From the NCBI GenBank assembly GCA_963728205.1, contig CAVSIV010000002.1, positions 192,001 through 256,000 of the forward strand: a stretch of 64,000 nt of DNA, read 5' to 3'. The translations under genes and the position numbers were made by a program. The notes beneath the pieces are model-generated. The model had not been told where the DNA came from and searched no databases. It saw only the letters and a program-made list of their open reading frames with translations. Source of the DNA: an uncultured Chloroflexia bacterium. GTDB taxonomy: Bacteria; Chloroflexota; Dehalococcoidia; UBA2979. This document shows positions 9,004 through 21,462 of the stretch, piece by piece; within the stretch, counting starts at the first letter, position 1, and each line of letters begins with the position of its first letter.

Positions 9004-9668
9004 TGGCAGAGCGCCTCGACGAGCCGGTGATGGCGATGGTCGCCGCTCGTGAGTTCTTCGACGGGGCGGTGGTGAACCTCGGCATCGGGTTGCCGCTGCA
9101 GTGCGCGGACGCGGTGCCCGCGGGCATCGAGGTGGTGCTGCATTCCGAGCACGGGCTGCTCGGGTTTGGCGCGGTGGTGCGCGAGCCGGCGCGGGTGGAC
9201 CCGCTGGTGACGCAGGTGGGGAACCAGCCGGTGGAGGCGCAGCCGGGGATGAGCTTCATGAGCCACGACGAGTCGTTCGCGCTGGTGCGCGGCGGGCACG
9301 TCGATATCACCGTGCTCGGGGCGCTGGAGGTCGACCGGGAGGGCAACCTCGCGAACGCGCAGATGCCGGGGAAGGTCGCCGGGAACCTCGGCGGCGGGCC
9401 GGACCTCGCGGCGCGGTCACGGCGGTGCGTGGTACTGACGCACCACACGACGAGCGACGGGACCCCGAAGCTGGTGGAGCGCTGCACGCTGCCGATCACG
9501 GCGCCGCGGTGCGTGGACCGCATCGTCACGGACGTGGCGGTGATCGACGTGGTAGGCGGAGCGTTCGTGCTGCGCGAGGTGGCGCCGGGGTGGACGGTCG
9601 CGGACGTGCAGGCGATCACGGGGGCGCCGCTGGTGGTTGAAGGGGCGGTGGGGGAGATCCGGTTGTAG
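9003..9668 (+). CDS. 3-oxoacid CoA-transferase subunit B (PcaJ/ScoB-like)
   Basis: VNLGIGLP, catalytic SEHG (cf. SENG), RGGHVDITVLGALEV, GGGPDL; start overlaps the subunit A stop. Confidence 0.9.
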   Translation: MAERLDEPVMAMVAAREFFDGAVVNLGIGLPLQCADAVPAGIEVVLHSEHGLLGFGAVVREPARVDPLVTQVGNQPVEAQPGMSFMSHDESFALVRGGHVDITVLGALEVDREGNLANAQMPGKVAGNLGGGPDLAARSRRCVVLTHHTTSDGTPKLVERCTLPITAPRCVDRIVTDVAVIDVVGGAFVLREVAPGWTVADVQAITGAPLVVEGAVGEIRL

Positions 9669-9737
9669 CGCGACCGGCCGGGACGTGTGACCGGCGGGCG
9701 TTGCGCCCGGCGTTCGCCGCCGGGTTGGGCCGGTTGG

Positions 9738-12803
<3,066 letters not shown>

Positions 12804-12861
12804 GCGTCACCTCTGAAAGTTACGGGGGAGTGGGGCGGGCGGCGTCGATCCACATAGCATG

Positions 12862-12877
12862 TCGAACAGCCGTTCGA
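12862..12877. promoter_or_regulatory. LexA SOS box (Gram-positive/Chloroflexota type) upstream of uvrA
   Basis: Perfect palindrome TCGAAC-AGCC-GTTCGA about 60 bp upstream of uvrA, just downstream of a TACGAT -10-like hexamer on the minus strand. Confidence 0.85.
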
Positions 12878-12976
12878 TCATCGTATCGCCGCGAGCGGGG
12901 CGTCTCAAGGGGGAACAGGAGCGGGAAGGGGGGAACAGGACGCGAATCGGATCGGTGGCCGGCGCAGGAGGCCGGC

Positions 12977-13409
12977 TCAGCGGTCGTCGAGGGGGATGTC
13001 CTCGCCGGGGGGTGGGGGTTCGTCGTCGTCGGGTCCAAAGAGGCCGCGCAGCTCGGGGGGAAGCTCGCCGCCCATGGCCTCGATTCTGGCGCCGCAGCTC
13101 GGACTCGACCTGCTGCATCTGCTCCTCGGTGACGCCCATCTGCGAGAGCGTGTCGCGGAGCAGTCGCTGGACCTCCGCGCCATCACCGCGGATCAGCGCG
13201 TCCGCGATCTCGAGCTGTGTCTCGATCGCGCGGAAGCGTTCGCGGCGTTCCGTGGTGTTCTCGGTGGAGAGGATGGTGGAGAGCAGCTTGGTGAAGAGGT
13301 TGGCCGTGCGCGCGATGCGCACGCGCTCCTCGGGATCGGCCGGGAAGTCCCCGCGGATCGTGATCTGCAGGCCGGTGCGGGGGTCGGTGGCGCTGTATTC
13401 CTGGGCCAT
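12977..13409 (-). CDS. Hypothetical helical protein; apparent frameshift near 13085
   Basis: MAQEYSATDPRTGLQITIRG...ESELRRQ, continuing in another frame as IEAMGGELPPELRGLF...DDR*; AGGTGAG RBS. Confidence 0.6.
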
Positions 13410-13676
13410 CTCACCTGCCGAACGGATGCGGACGGTGGGGGCGCTGCGCCGTCGTGACGTAGTGCGCGGCGCTACTTCGATATCGTAGCGCCAAGCTGCA
13501 GGCGGGTCTCCCCGTCCGCGCCCCGGTGCTCCGGCGCCGCGGGACGCGGACAGCGGAGGCGCCGCCCGCCGTCGTCCGTGTGACTTGGTCTCCAGGGGTG
13601 CGGGAGGACGCCGCGATCGCCCGCTATGCTCCGTTGCGGAAGCCCGACGCTGCAGGGGCTGTGATCGAGGTGTGCG

Positions 13677-14357
13677 GTGGCCGCGCTGACGCTCGCCGAT
13701 CTGGTGCGCAACGGGACCATGTCGCCGTCGATCGCGGCCACGCTGGCGACCGCCGGCGAGGAGCGCCGGTCGATCCTGCTGATCGCGATCCCGCGCATGG
13801 CGGGCAAGACGACGACGATGCACGCCACGCTCGCCCACGCGCCGAGCGGCACGATGTTCCACCAGTTGTCGGAGGCGGCGGGGCCCGGGCTCGGGATCCC
13901 CGAAGCCGGCGACGGCGGCTACCTGCTGATGTCCGAGATCGCGCAAGCCTCGTTTGCCGAGTACCTGTGGGGCGAGCCAGTGCGCCGGGCGTTTGCCGCA
14001 CTCGAGCGGGGGTTCTCGCTTGCGACCGCGCTGCATGCCGGCGGGGTGGACGAAGCGTTCGACGTGATCTGCCGCAGCAACGGCGTCTCTGACGCCGACG
14101 CGGCGCGGATCGACCTCGCGGTGTATCTCAGGAGCATCGGTCCGTGGCGCGAGCCGTCGGCTCGACGTGTCGCGACGGTGCACGAGATCGTTGGTGTGAC
14201 CGGCGGTCGTCCGCTCACCCGGACGCTGCACCGCTGGGACGAGGCCGCGGATCGCTTCGACGACATCGAGGCGCCGGAGCGCGTCGGCTCCGCGGACGGC
14301 GACCTCGTCGCGTTGCGCGCGGCGTTCGAGGCGGCGGCGCGCGGCGGGCGCGGATAG
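13677..14357 (+). CDS. Stand-alone VirB11/CpaF/FlaI-like P-loop ATPase domain
   Basis: LTLADLVRNGTMSP, variant Walker A IPRMAGKTT, Walker B YLLMSEI, His-box TALHA, RRVATVHEI. Confidence 0.7.
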   Translation: MAALTLADLVRNGTMSPSIAATLATAGEERRSILLIAIPRMAGKTTTMHATLAHAPSGTMFHQLSEAAGPGLGIPEAGDGGYLLMSEIAQASFAEYLWGEPVRRAFAALERGFSLATALHAGGVDEAFDVICRSNGVSDADAARIDLAVYLRSIGPWREPSARRVATVHEIVGVTGGRPLTRTLHRWDEAADRFDDIEAPERVGSADGDLVALRAAFEAAARGGRG

Positions 14358-14369
14358 GCGCAGCGGGGC

Positions 14370-15095
14370 GTGTTCCCGATCCGCGACCTGGCGCCGACGC
14401 GTGTGTTCCCCGCCGTCACGCTGCTGCTGGTCGCCGTGAACGTCATCGTGTTCGTCGGCTGGGAACCGCTCACCAACGCGGGTGACCAGGCGGCGTTCCT
14501 CTACCAGCACGCCGCGATCGCGTGTGAGTTGACCACGGGCCACGCGCTCACCCTCGGCGAGTACCGGTCGGGTGCTTGTGCGGCGAGCGGCGTGGGGCCG
14601 GCGCTCTTCCCGGCGAAAGTGCTGCTGCTCTCGGTCGTGGTGTCGCTCTTCCTGCACGCGAACATCGTCCATCTGCTGGGGAACATGTGGTTCCTCTGGA
14701 TCTTTGGGAACAACGTCGAGGAGGCGTTCGGACGTGTCGCGTACGTGGCGATGTACCTCGTCGGCGGAATCGTCGCGACGCTCGGGTGGGTCGTCGCCAA
14801 CCCGACGAGCCTCGACCCGATGATCGGCGCGTCGGGAGCGATCGCCGCGGTGCTCGGGGCGTACCTCGTGCTGTTCCCGCGCAACCTCGTCGTGAGCCTG
14901 ATCGTGTTCTACGTCGTGCCGATCCCGGCGGTGGTGTTTCTCGGTCTGTGGTTCGTCGCACAGTTCGCGCTGGCACAGCCGGGGGTCGCATGGCAGGCGC
15001 ACGTCGCGGGGTTTGTCTTCGGCGTCGCGATCGCGCTCGTGTTCCGGCAGGCGCTGGTGCGGCGCGCGCGCCGCCCGGCGGCCGCGCGAGGGTAG
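14370..15095 (+). CDS. Rhomboid family intramembrane serine protease
   Basis: FLHANIVHLLGNMWFLWIFG, catalytic GASG, AHVAGF. Confidence 0.92.
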   Translation: MFPIRDLAPTRVFPAVTLLLVAVNVIVFVGWEPLTNAGDQAAFLYQHAAIACELTTGHALTLGEYRSGACAASGVGPALFPAKVLLLSVVVSLFLHANIVHLLGNMWFLWIFGNNVEEAFGRVAYVAMYLVGGIVATLGWVVANPTSLDPMIGASGAIAAVLGAYLVLFPRNLVVSLIVFYVVPIPAVVFLGLWFVAQFALAQPGVAWQAHVAGFVFGVAIALVFRQALVRRARRPAAARG

Positions 15096-15216
15096 CTCGT
15101 GACGACTCGCCGCCGTCCTGTTCACGTGGCCCGCGCCGGCCGCGCGGAAGCGGCACCCCGCGTGCCGGGCACGCGGGCGCCGGGTCGGCACAGCATCCAC
15201 GCCCGGCACGCACGAA

Positions 15217-15246
15217 GAAGGGGCCCCGCAAACGCGGAGCCCCTTC
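15217..15246. terminator. Hairpin between convergent rhomboid and SBP1
   Basis: GAAGGGGCcCCGC-aaac-GCGGaGCCCCTTC. Confidence 0.6.
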
Positions 15247-15268
15247 AGCCGGGAGCGGTGGGCTTCCC

Positions 15269-17080
15269 TTACGCGGTGAACCAGCGGAACGGCAGACCCT
15301 CAGTCGCGATGCCGTAACCGCGGGTCTGGATCACGCCGCGCACCTTCGACTGGTACGCGGTCCAGCCGGTGCCGGCGCCGGCCTGGCTGGGGACGTAGTA
15401 CATGTGCTCGTCGTTGATCTGCTGGATCTGGTAGATGTAGGCCTTCCGCTTCGCCTCATCCAGCTCGGCCTGCTGCTTCTTCGCCAGGTCCGTGATCTGC
15501 GCGTCGGACACGCGGCCGTGGTTGGCCGGGTCGTCGCCGAAGAGGCGGGGGAAGTAGCCGGAGACCTCCGGGAACGGCGTCTCGTACCCGAATGCCACAC
15601 CGTGGAAGTCGCCCCGGAAGGTGTGGGTGATGTACTTCGACGTGTAGTCCTCGGTGACGGTGTTCGGCTTGAGTCCGATGGCCTGCATGTAGTTCCCGAT
15701 CGCCTCGGCGATGTTGGTGAACGTCGTGCCGTAAACCGTCGGCGAGTAGTGGTAGTCGAACTCCGTGCCGTCGAGACCGGCCGCCGCGAGCAGCTTCTTC
15801 GCGTCGTCCGGCGTGTACTTGAAGTACTTTGCGCTGTCGCCCTGTTCCGAGGACTGGGGGTCCAGCCACCAGCGAGCGAAGCCCGCGGGGATCACGTTGT
15901 TCCAGGTCGTGGCGGGGCTGAGGCCCGCGGCCTGCAGCTTCTTCACGTTGTAGGAGAGGTCGAGCAGGGCGTCGCGGTCCTGGCACATCGAGATCGCCTG
16001 GCGGAAGCGCTCGTCGCGCCACGCCCCCTTCGGGTCCTGCTCCTCGGACGAGAAGTAGCAGTGCGAGAGCAGCGCCGACTGCGTGCCGAGCCACTGCACA
16101 TCCTGCTGCTGGCTGCGCAGCGTGAGGACGTCGTTGGCGTTGATGCCGGCCTCGTCGAGGTTGCCGGCCTGGAACTGCGCCAGTCGGTTGGCGTACTCCG
16201 GGATGATCGAGACCTCGACGCCGTCGGTGTAGGGCAGGCCCTTGACGACCCAGTCCGGGTTCTTCTCGTAGGTGAAGCCCTGGGACGGGGCGTAGTTCTT
16301 CATGACCCACGGCCCGGTGCCGATCATCTGCTGCTTCAGGTCGAACCCGCCGTCGGCCTCCTTGGGCAGGACGAACAGCTTGTTGGTGTCGGCGAGGTCG
16401 TCGAGGAAGTCGGCGCTCGGGAAGTCGAGCGTGAACTTCAGGGTGTGGTCGTCGACGGCCTCAACCTTGTTCCAGCCGGCGGACTTCACGAGTGAGGCGC
16501 CCGGGGAGTCCGCGCCGCTGAGTCGCTCCCAGGAGAAGACGACATCGGCCGAGGTCATCTCGCGGCCGTTGACGGGGGCGATGTTGTGGAACTTGACGCC
16601 CTGCTTGAGCTTGACGGTCCAGTGCTGGCCGTCGGTGGACTCGGCGCTCTCGGCGACGTCCGGCTCGACGCCGACGGCCCACGGGTTGGCACCGGCGCGG
16701 GCTGCGACCTTGTAGAGGCGGCTGTAGCTGAAGGCGGCCGTGCCCTTGGTGAGGAAGCTGAGGTTGCCGTACGGGTCGATGGTCGGCGGGTCGTTGGTGG
16801 TGACGTACCGGTAGGTGCCGCCGGTGTTCGGCTTGGCCGCCGCCGCCGTGCCCGCGGCGGTGGCCGCGGCCGTCGCGCTGCCGCCCGCCGCCTGCGTGGC
16901 GGCCCCGCCGGCCGGCGTCGCGGTGGCGTTGCTGCTGCTGCCGCAGCCGATCAGCGCCGCTCCGGCGAGCCCCGCGCCCGCGATACCCGTGCCGCGCAGC
17001 ACGGCGCGACGCGAGAGACCGCGCGTCCGCGCGACGCGGGCCCACGTGGACGCGCGACCAGTCGCGCTGTGGTCCGACAT
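15269..17080 (-). CDS. ABC substrate-binding protein, family 5 (peptide/nickel), Tat lipoprotein, copy 1
   Basis: SRRAVL Tat motif, LIGC lipobox, Ala/Thr linker, VKFHNIAPVNGREMTS, IGTGPW. Confidence 0.9.
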   Translation of the reverse strand: MSDHSATGRASTWARVARTRGLSRRAVLRGTGIAGAGLAGAALIGCGSSSNATATPAGGAATQAAGGSATAAATAAGTAAAAKPNTGGTYRYVTTNDPPTIDPYGNLSFLTKGTAAFSYSRLYKVAARAGANPWAVGVEPDVAESAESTDGQHWTVKLKQGVKFHNIAPVNGREMTSADVVFSWERLSGADSPGASLVKSAGWNKVEAVDDHTLKFTLDFPSADFLDDLADTNKLFVLPKEADGGFDLKQQMIGTGPWVMKNYAPSQGFTYEKNPDWVVKGLPYTDGVEVSIIPEYANRLAQFQAGNLDEAGINANDVLTLRSQQQDVQWLGTQSALLSHCYFSSEEQDPKGAWRDERFRQAISMCQDRDALLDLSYNVKKLQAAGLSPATTWNNVIPAGFARWWLDPQSSEQGDSAKYFKYTPDDAKKLLAAAGLDGTEFDYHYSPTVYGTTFTNIAEAIGNYMQAIGLKPNTVTEDYTSKYITHTFRGDFHGVAFGYETPFPEVSGYFPRLFGDDPANHGRVSDAQITDLAKKQQAELDEAKRKAYIYQIQQINDEHMYYVPSQAGAGTGWTAYQSKVRGVIQTRGYGIATEGLPFRWFTA

Positions 17081-17329
17081 ATCCAGTTCCCTCCTCCGTG
17101 GCGACGCGAGGTCTCATCGTGGCAGAGTGCCGGTCGATGCGACGGACCCTCGGACGCCGTCTGTAATGGATGGGCACGATTATGCCGGTGAATCGCACAC
17201 GGAATAGTGTCCGATATTACCGGACAGGTATGACATCAAATATGAGTCCAGGTGAGGCTGCGTCATCGTGCAGACACTGCGGCGCGCTGCGCCAGCGAGC
17301 GTCGCGGGGCCGTGATCGCCGGACACAGC

Positions 17330-17355
17330 GAAGGCCCCGCACCGGCGGGGCCTTC
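17330..17355 (-). terminator. Terminator hairpin after SBP2
   Basis: GAAGGCCCCGC-accg-GCGGGGCCTTC. Confidence 0.65.
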
Positions 17356-17380
17356 GGTCTCGTCGCCGCGAAGGCGACGG

Positions 17381-19180
17381 CTAGGAGGTGAGCCAGCGGT
17401 ACGCGAGCTCTTCGGTCGCCTGGCCGTAGCCGCGCGTCTGCTGCACGCCACGGACCTGCGACAGGTACGCGGTCCAGCCCGTGCCGGCGCCGGCCTGGCT
17501 GGGCACGTAATACATGTGCTCGTCGTTGATCTGCTGAATCTGGTAGATGTAGCCCTTCCGCTTGGTCTCATCCAACTCGGCCTGCTGCTTGCCCATCAGG
17601 TCCGTGATCATCGGGTCGGAGACCTTGCCGTGGTTGGCCGGGTCGTTGCCGAAGAGCCGCGGGAAGTAGCCGGAGACCTCGGGGAACGGCGTCTCGTAGC
17701 CGAAGGCGACGCCGTGGAAGTCACCCGTGAACGTGTGGGTGATGTACTTCGACGTGTAGTCCTCGGTGACGGTGTTCGGCTTGAGGCCGATGGCCTGCAT
17801 GTAGTTGCCGATCGCCTCGGCGATGTTGGTGAACGTCGTGCCGTAGACCGTCGGCGAGTAGTGGTAATCGAACTGTGTGCCGTCGAGACCGGCCGCCGAG
17901 AGCAGCTTCTTCGCGTCGTCCGGGGTGTACTTGAAGTACTTCGCGCTGTCGCCCTGGTCCGACGACTGGGGGTCGAGCCACCAGCGGGCGAAGCCCGCGG
18001 GGATCACGTTGTTCCACGTGGTGGCGGGGCTCAGGCCGGCAGCCTGCAGCTTCTTCACGTTGTACGAGAGGTCCAGCAACGCGTCGCGGTCCTGGCACAT
18101 CGAGATCGCCTGGCGGAAGCGCTCATCGCGCCACGCGGCTTTCGGGTCCTGCTGCTCCGATGAGAAGTAGCAGTGCGAGAGCAGCGCCGACTGGGTGCCG
18201 AGCCATTGCACGTCCTTCTGCTGGCTGCGCAGCGTCAGGACGTCGTTCGCATTGATGCCGGCCTCGTGCAGGTTCCCGGCCTGGAACTGCGCCAGTCGGT
18301 TGGCGTACTCCGGGATGATCGCGACGTCGACGGCGTCCGTGTAGGGCAGGCCCTTGACGACCCAGTCGGGGTTCTTCGTGAACGCGAACGACTGCGACGG
18401 GGTGTAGTTCTTCATCACCCACGGGCCGGTGCCGATCATCTGCTGCTTCGGCTCGAAGCCGCCGTCGGCTTCCTTCGGCATCACGTAGAGCTTGTTCGTG
18501 TCGGCGAGGTCGTCGAGGAAGTCGGCGCTCGGGAAGTCGAGCGTGAACTTCACGGTGTGGTCGTCGACGGCCTCGACCTTGTTCCAGCCGGCGGACTTCA
18601 CAAGGGAGGCGCCCGGCGAGGCCGGGTCGCTCAGTCGCTTGTAGGAGAAGACGACGTCGTCTGAGGTCATCTCGCGCCCGTTGACCGGCGCGATGTTGTG
18701 GAACTTGACGCCCTGCTTGAGCTTGACGGTCCAGTGCTGGCCGTCGGTGGACTCGGCGCTCTCCGCGATGTCGGGCTCGACTCCGACGGCCCACGGGTTC
18801 GCGCCCGAGCGGGCCGCGACCTTGTAGAGGCGGCTGTACGAGAAGTTCGCGGAGCCCTTGGTGAGGAAGCTGAGGTTCCCGTAGGGGTCGATCGTCGGCG
18901 GGTCGTTGGTGATCACGTACTTGTACGTGCCGCCCGTCTTCGGCTGCGCAGCCGCCGCGGTACCGGCCGCAGTTGCGCTGGCTCCGGCCGCGGCGGTGCC
19001 GGCCGACGCCGTGACGACAGGGGTGGCCGTCGCGTTGTTGCTGCTGCCGCATCCGATCAGCGCGGCGCCGGCGAGTCCGGCCCCCGCGATGCCGGAACTG
19101 CGGAGCAGGCTCCTGCGCGAGATCGCGCGCGATCTCGCCCTGGCCCAGGCGGTGTGCTGTCCGGCCCTGACTTCGTCCAC
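17381..19180 (-). CDS. ABC substrate-binding protein, family 5, Tat lipoprotein, copy 2
   Basis: SRRSLL, LIGC; highly similar to copy 1; GAGGAGGG RBS with GTG start. Confidence 0.9.
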   Translation of the reverse strand: MDEVRAGQHTAWARARSRAISRRSLLRSSGIAGAGLAGAALIGCGSSNNATATPVVTASAGTAAAGASATAAGTAAAAQPKTGGTYKYVITNDPPTIDPYGNLSFLTKGSANFSYSRLYKVAARSGANPWAVGVEPDIAESAESTDGQHWTVKLKQGVKFHNIAPVNGREMTSDDVVFSYKRLSDPASPGASLVKSAGWNKVEAVDDHTVKFTLDFPSADFLDDLADTNKLYVMPKEADGGFEPKQQMIGTGPWVMKNYTPSQSFAFTKNPDWVVKGLPYTDAVDVAIIPEYANRLAQFQAGNLHEAGINANDVLTLRSQQKDVQWLGTQSALLSHCYFSSEQQDPKAAWRDERFRQAISMCQDRDALLDLSYNVKKLQAAGLSPATTWNNVIPAGFARWWLDPQSSDQGDSAKYFKYTPDDAKKLLSAAGLDGTQFDYHYSPTVYGTTFTNIAEAIGNYMQAIGLKPNTVTEDYTSKYITHTFTGDFHGVAFGYETPFPEVSGYFPRLFGNDPANHGKVSDPMITDLMGKQQAELDETKRKGYIYQIQQINDEHMYYVPSQAGAGTGWTAYLSQVRGVQQTRGYGQATEELAYRWLTS

Positions 19181-19386
19181 TTCCAGTTCCCTCCTCGTGG
19201 CGGCGCGGCGCGGCCGTGATCCCGTGCGGGAGGCGGCGCCGTGACGCCGAACGTGATGGCGCGATGATTCGTTTTGTCATCGCATCACGGAATCTTGTCA
19301 TATGAACCATGAAACATACAACCTGTCTGTTGGTTCACACGCCGACGCCGCAGCCGCCTAGTCACGGGACGACCGCGGGGCAACGG

Positions 19387-19413
19387 AAAGGCCCCGCACG
19401 AGGCGGGGCCTTC
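19387..19413 (-). terminator. Terminator hairpin after SBP3 (paralogous to the one after SBP2)
   Basis: AAGGCCCCGC-acgag-GCGGGGCCTT followed by the same cggtctcgtcg flank. Confidence 0.65.
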
Positions 19414-19439
19414 GGTCTCGTCGACCCGGGGGCTGACGG

Positions 19440-21230
19440 CTAGCTGTTGAGCCAGCGGAGCGGCAGCTCCTCCGTGCCCTGGCCGTAGCCACGCGTCTGG
19501 AGGACGCCGCGCACCTGCGACTGGTACGCGGTCCAGGCGGTACCGGCTCCGGCCTGGCTGGGCACGTAGTACATGTGCGAGTCGCTGATCTGCTGGATCT
19601 GGTCGATGTAGCCCTTGCGCTTGGTCTCGTCCAGCTCGGCCTGCTGCTTGCCTATCAGATCCGTGATCTGCGGGTCCTTCACCTTCCCGTGGTTCGCCGG
19701 GTCGTCGCCGAAGAGCCGCGGGAAGTAGCCGGAGACCTCGGGGAACGGCGTCTCGTAGCCGAAGGCCACGCCGTGGAAGTCGCCCACGAAGGTGTGCGTG
19801 ATGTACTTCGACGAGTAGTCCTCGGAGACGGTGTTCGGCTTGAGGCCGATCTCGGCGATGTAGTTGCCGATGGCTTCCGCGATGCTCGTGAAGGTGCTGC
19901 CGTAGACGGTCGGCGAGTAGTGGTAGTCGAACTGCGCGCCGTCGAAGCCGCCGGCGGAGAGCAGCTTCTTTGCATCGTCCGGTGTGTACTTGAAGTACTT
20001 CGCGCTGTCGCCCTGCTCCGCGGACTTGGGGTCGAGCCACCACCGCGCGAAGCCGGCCGGGATGACGTTGTTCCACGTCGTTGCGGGGCTGAGACCCGCG
20101 CCCTGCAGCTTCTTCACGTCGTAGCCGAGGTCGAGCAGGGCGTCGCGGTCCTGCGCCATGGAGATGGCCTGGCGGAAGCGCTCATCGCGCCACGGCGCCT
20201 TCGGATCCTGCGCCTCCGGCGAGAAGTAGAGGAACGAGAGCAGCGCCGACTGCGTGCCCAGCCACTGCAGGTTCTTCTGGTTCCCGCGCAGCTGGAGGAC
20301 GTCGTTGGCGTTGATGCCGGCCTCGTCGAGGTTGCCCGCCTGCAGCTGCGCGAGGCGGTTGGCGTACTCGGGGATGATCGCGACATCGACGCCGTCGGTG
20401 TACGGCAGGCCCTTCACGACCCAGTCCGGGTTCTTCGAGTACTTGAAGGACTGGGACGGGGAATAGTTCTCCATGACCCACGGCCCGGTGCCGATCATCT
20501 GCTGCTTCGGGTCGAAGCCGCCGTCGGCCTCCTTCGGCATGACGAACAGCTTGTTGGTGTCGGCGAGGTCGTCGAGGAAGTCGGCGCTCGGGGCGTCGAG
20601 GGTGAACTTCAGCGTGTAGTCGTCCACGGCCTCGACCTTGTTCCAGCCGGCGGACTTCACGAGCGAGGCGCCCGGGGAGTCGGGGCCGGAGAGGCGCTGC
20701 CACGAGAAGAGGACGTCGGCCGACGTCATCTCGCGGCCGTTCACCGGGGCCTTGTTGTGGAACTTGACGCCCTGTTTGAGCTTGACGGTCCAGTGCTGGC
20801 CGTCGGTGGACTCGGCGCTCTCGGCGACGTCCGGCTCGACGCCGACGGCCCACGGGTTCGCGCCGGCGCGGGCCGCGACCTTGTAGAGGCGGCTGTAGCT
20901 GAAGGCGGCTGCGCCCTTGGTGAGGAAGCTCAGGTTGCCGTACGGGTCGATGGTCGGCGGGTCGTTGGTGATGACGTACTTGTAGGTGCCGCCGGTCTTC
21001 GCCTGCGCGGCGGCCGCGGTCCCACTGGCACCCGGCGTCGCGCTACCGCCGGCCGTGGATCCGCTCGCGGGTGTGGCGGTGGCGTTGGTGCTGCTGCCGC
21101 AGCCGATGAGCGCTGCTCCGGCGAGGCCGGCCCCCGCGACGCCCGAGCTGCGCAGCAGGCTGCGGCGACTGATCGTGTTCGAACGCAGGCGCGCCCAGTA
21201 CGACGAGCGCTCCGATCCGAGATCTGACAT
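19440..21230 (-). CDS. ABC substrate-binding protein, family 5, Tat lipoprotein, copy 3
   Basis: ATG at 21230 (MSDLGSERS); SRRSLL, LIGC; highly similar to copies 1 and 2. Confidence 0.9.
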   Translation of the reverse strand: MSDLGSERSSYWARLRSNTISRRSLLRSSGVAGAGLAGAALIGCGSSTNATATPASGSTAGGSATPGASGTAAAAQAKTGGTYKYVITNDPPTIDPYGNLSFLTKGAAAFSYSRLYKVAARAGANPWAVGVEPDVAESAESTDGQHWTVKLKQGVKFHNKAPVNGREMTSADVLFSWQRLSGPDSPGASLVKSAGWNKVEAVDDYTLKFTLDAPSADFLDDLADTNKLFVMPKEADGGFDPKQQMIGTGPWVMENYSPSQSFKYSKNPDWVVKGLPYTDGVDVAIIPEYANRLAQLQAGNLDEAGINANDVLQLRGNQKNLQWLGTQSALLSFLYFSPEAQDPKAPWRDERFRQAISMAQDRDALLDLGYDVKKLQGAGLSPATTWNNVIPAGFARWWLDPKSAEQGDSAKYFKYTPDDAKKLLSAGGFDGAQFDYHYSPTVYGSTFTSIAEAIGNYIAEIGLKPNTVSEDYSSKYITHTFVGDFHGVAFGYETPFPEVSGYFPRLFGDDPANHGKVKDPQITDLIGKQQAELDETKRKGYIDQIQQISDSHMYYVPSQAGAGTAWTAYQSQVRGVLQTRGYGQGTEELPLRWLNS

Positions 21231-21462
21231 GCGTATCCCTTTCCCTCTGGTTGCCCCGGCGTCCGTGTGGGCTACACGGTTCCCGAGGCGGGGTGCGAAT
21301 CCAATTCTCGGCGCCAATTCTCCGTGTGAATACGACGTCGTTCAATATCTGACGCGAAATATCGCATCACGACATTCAGTATATCTCTCGATATCTCTTG
21401 TGATTTTGCTGCAATGAATCACGGCTGCAATTACTGCAGCAGGGTGCGGGGAGAGCGTGCGG

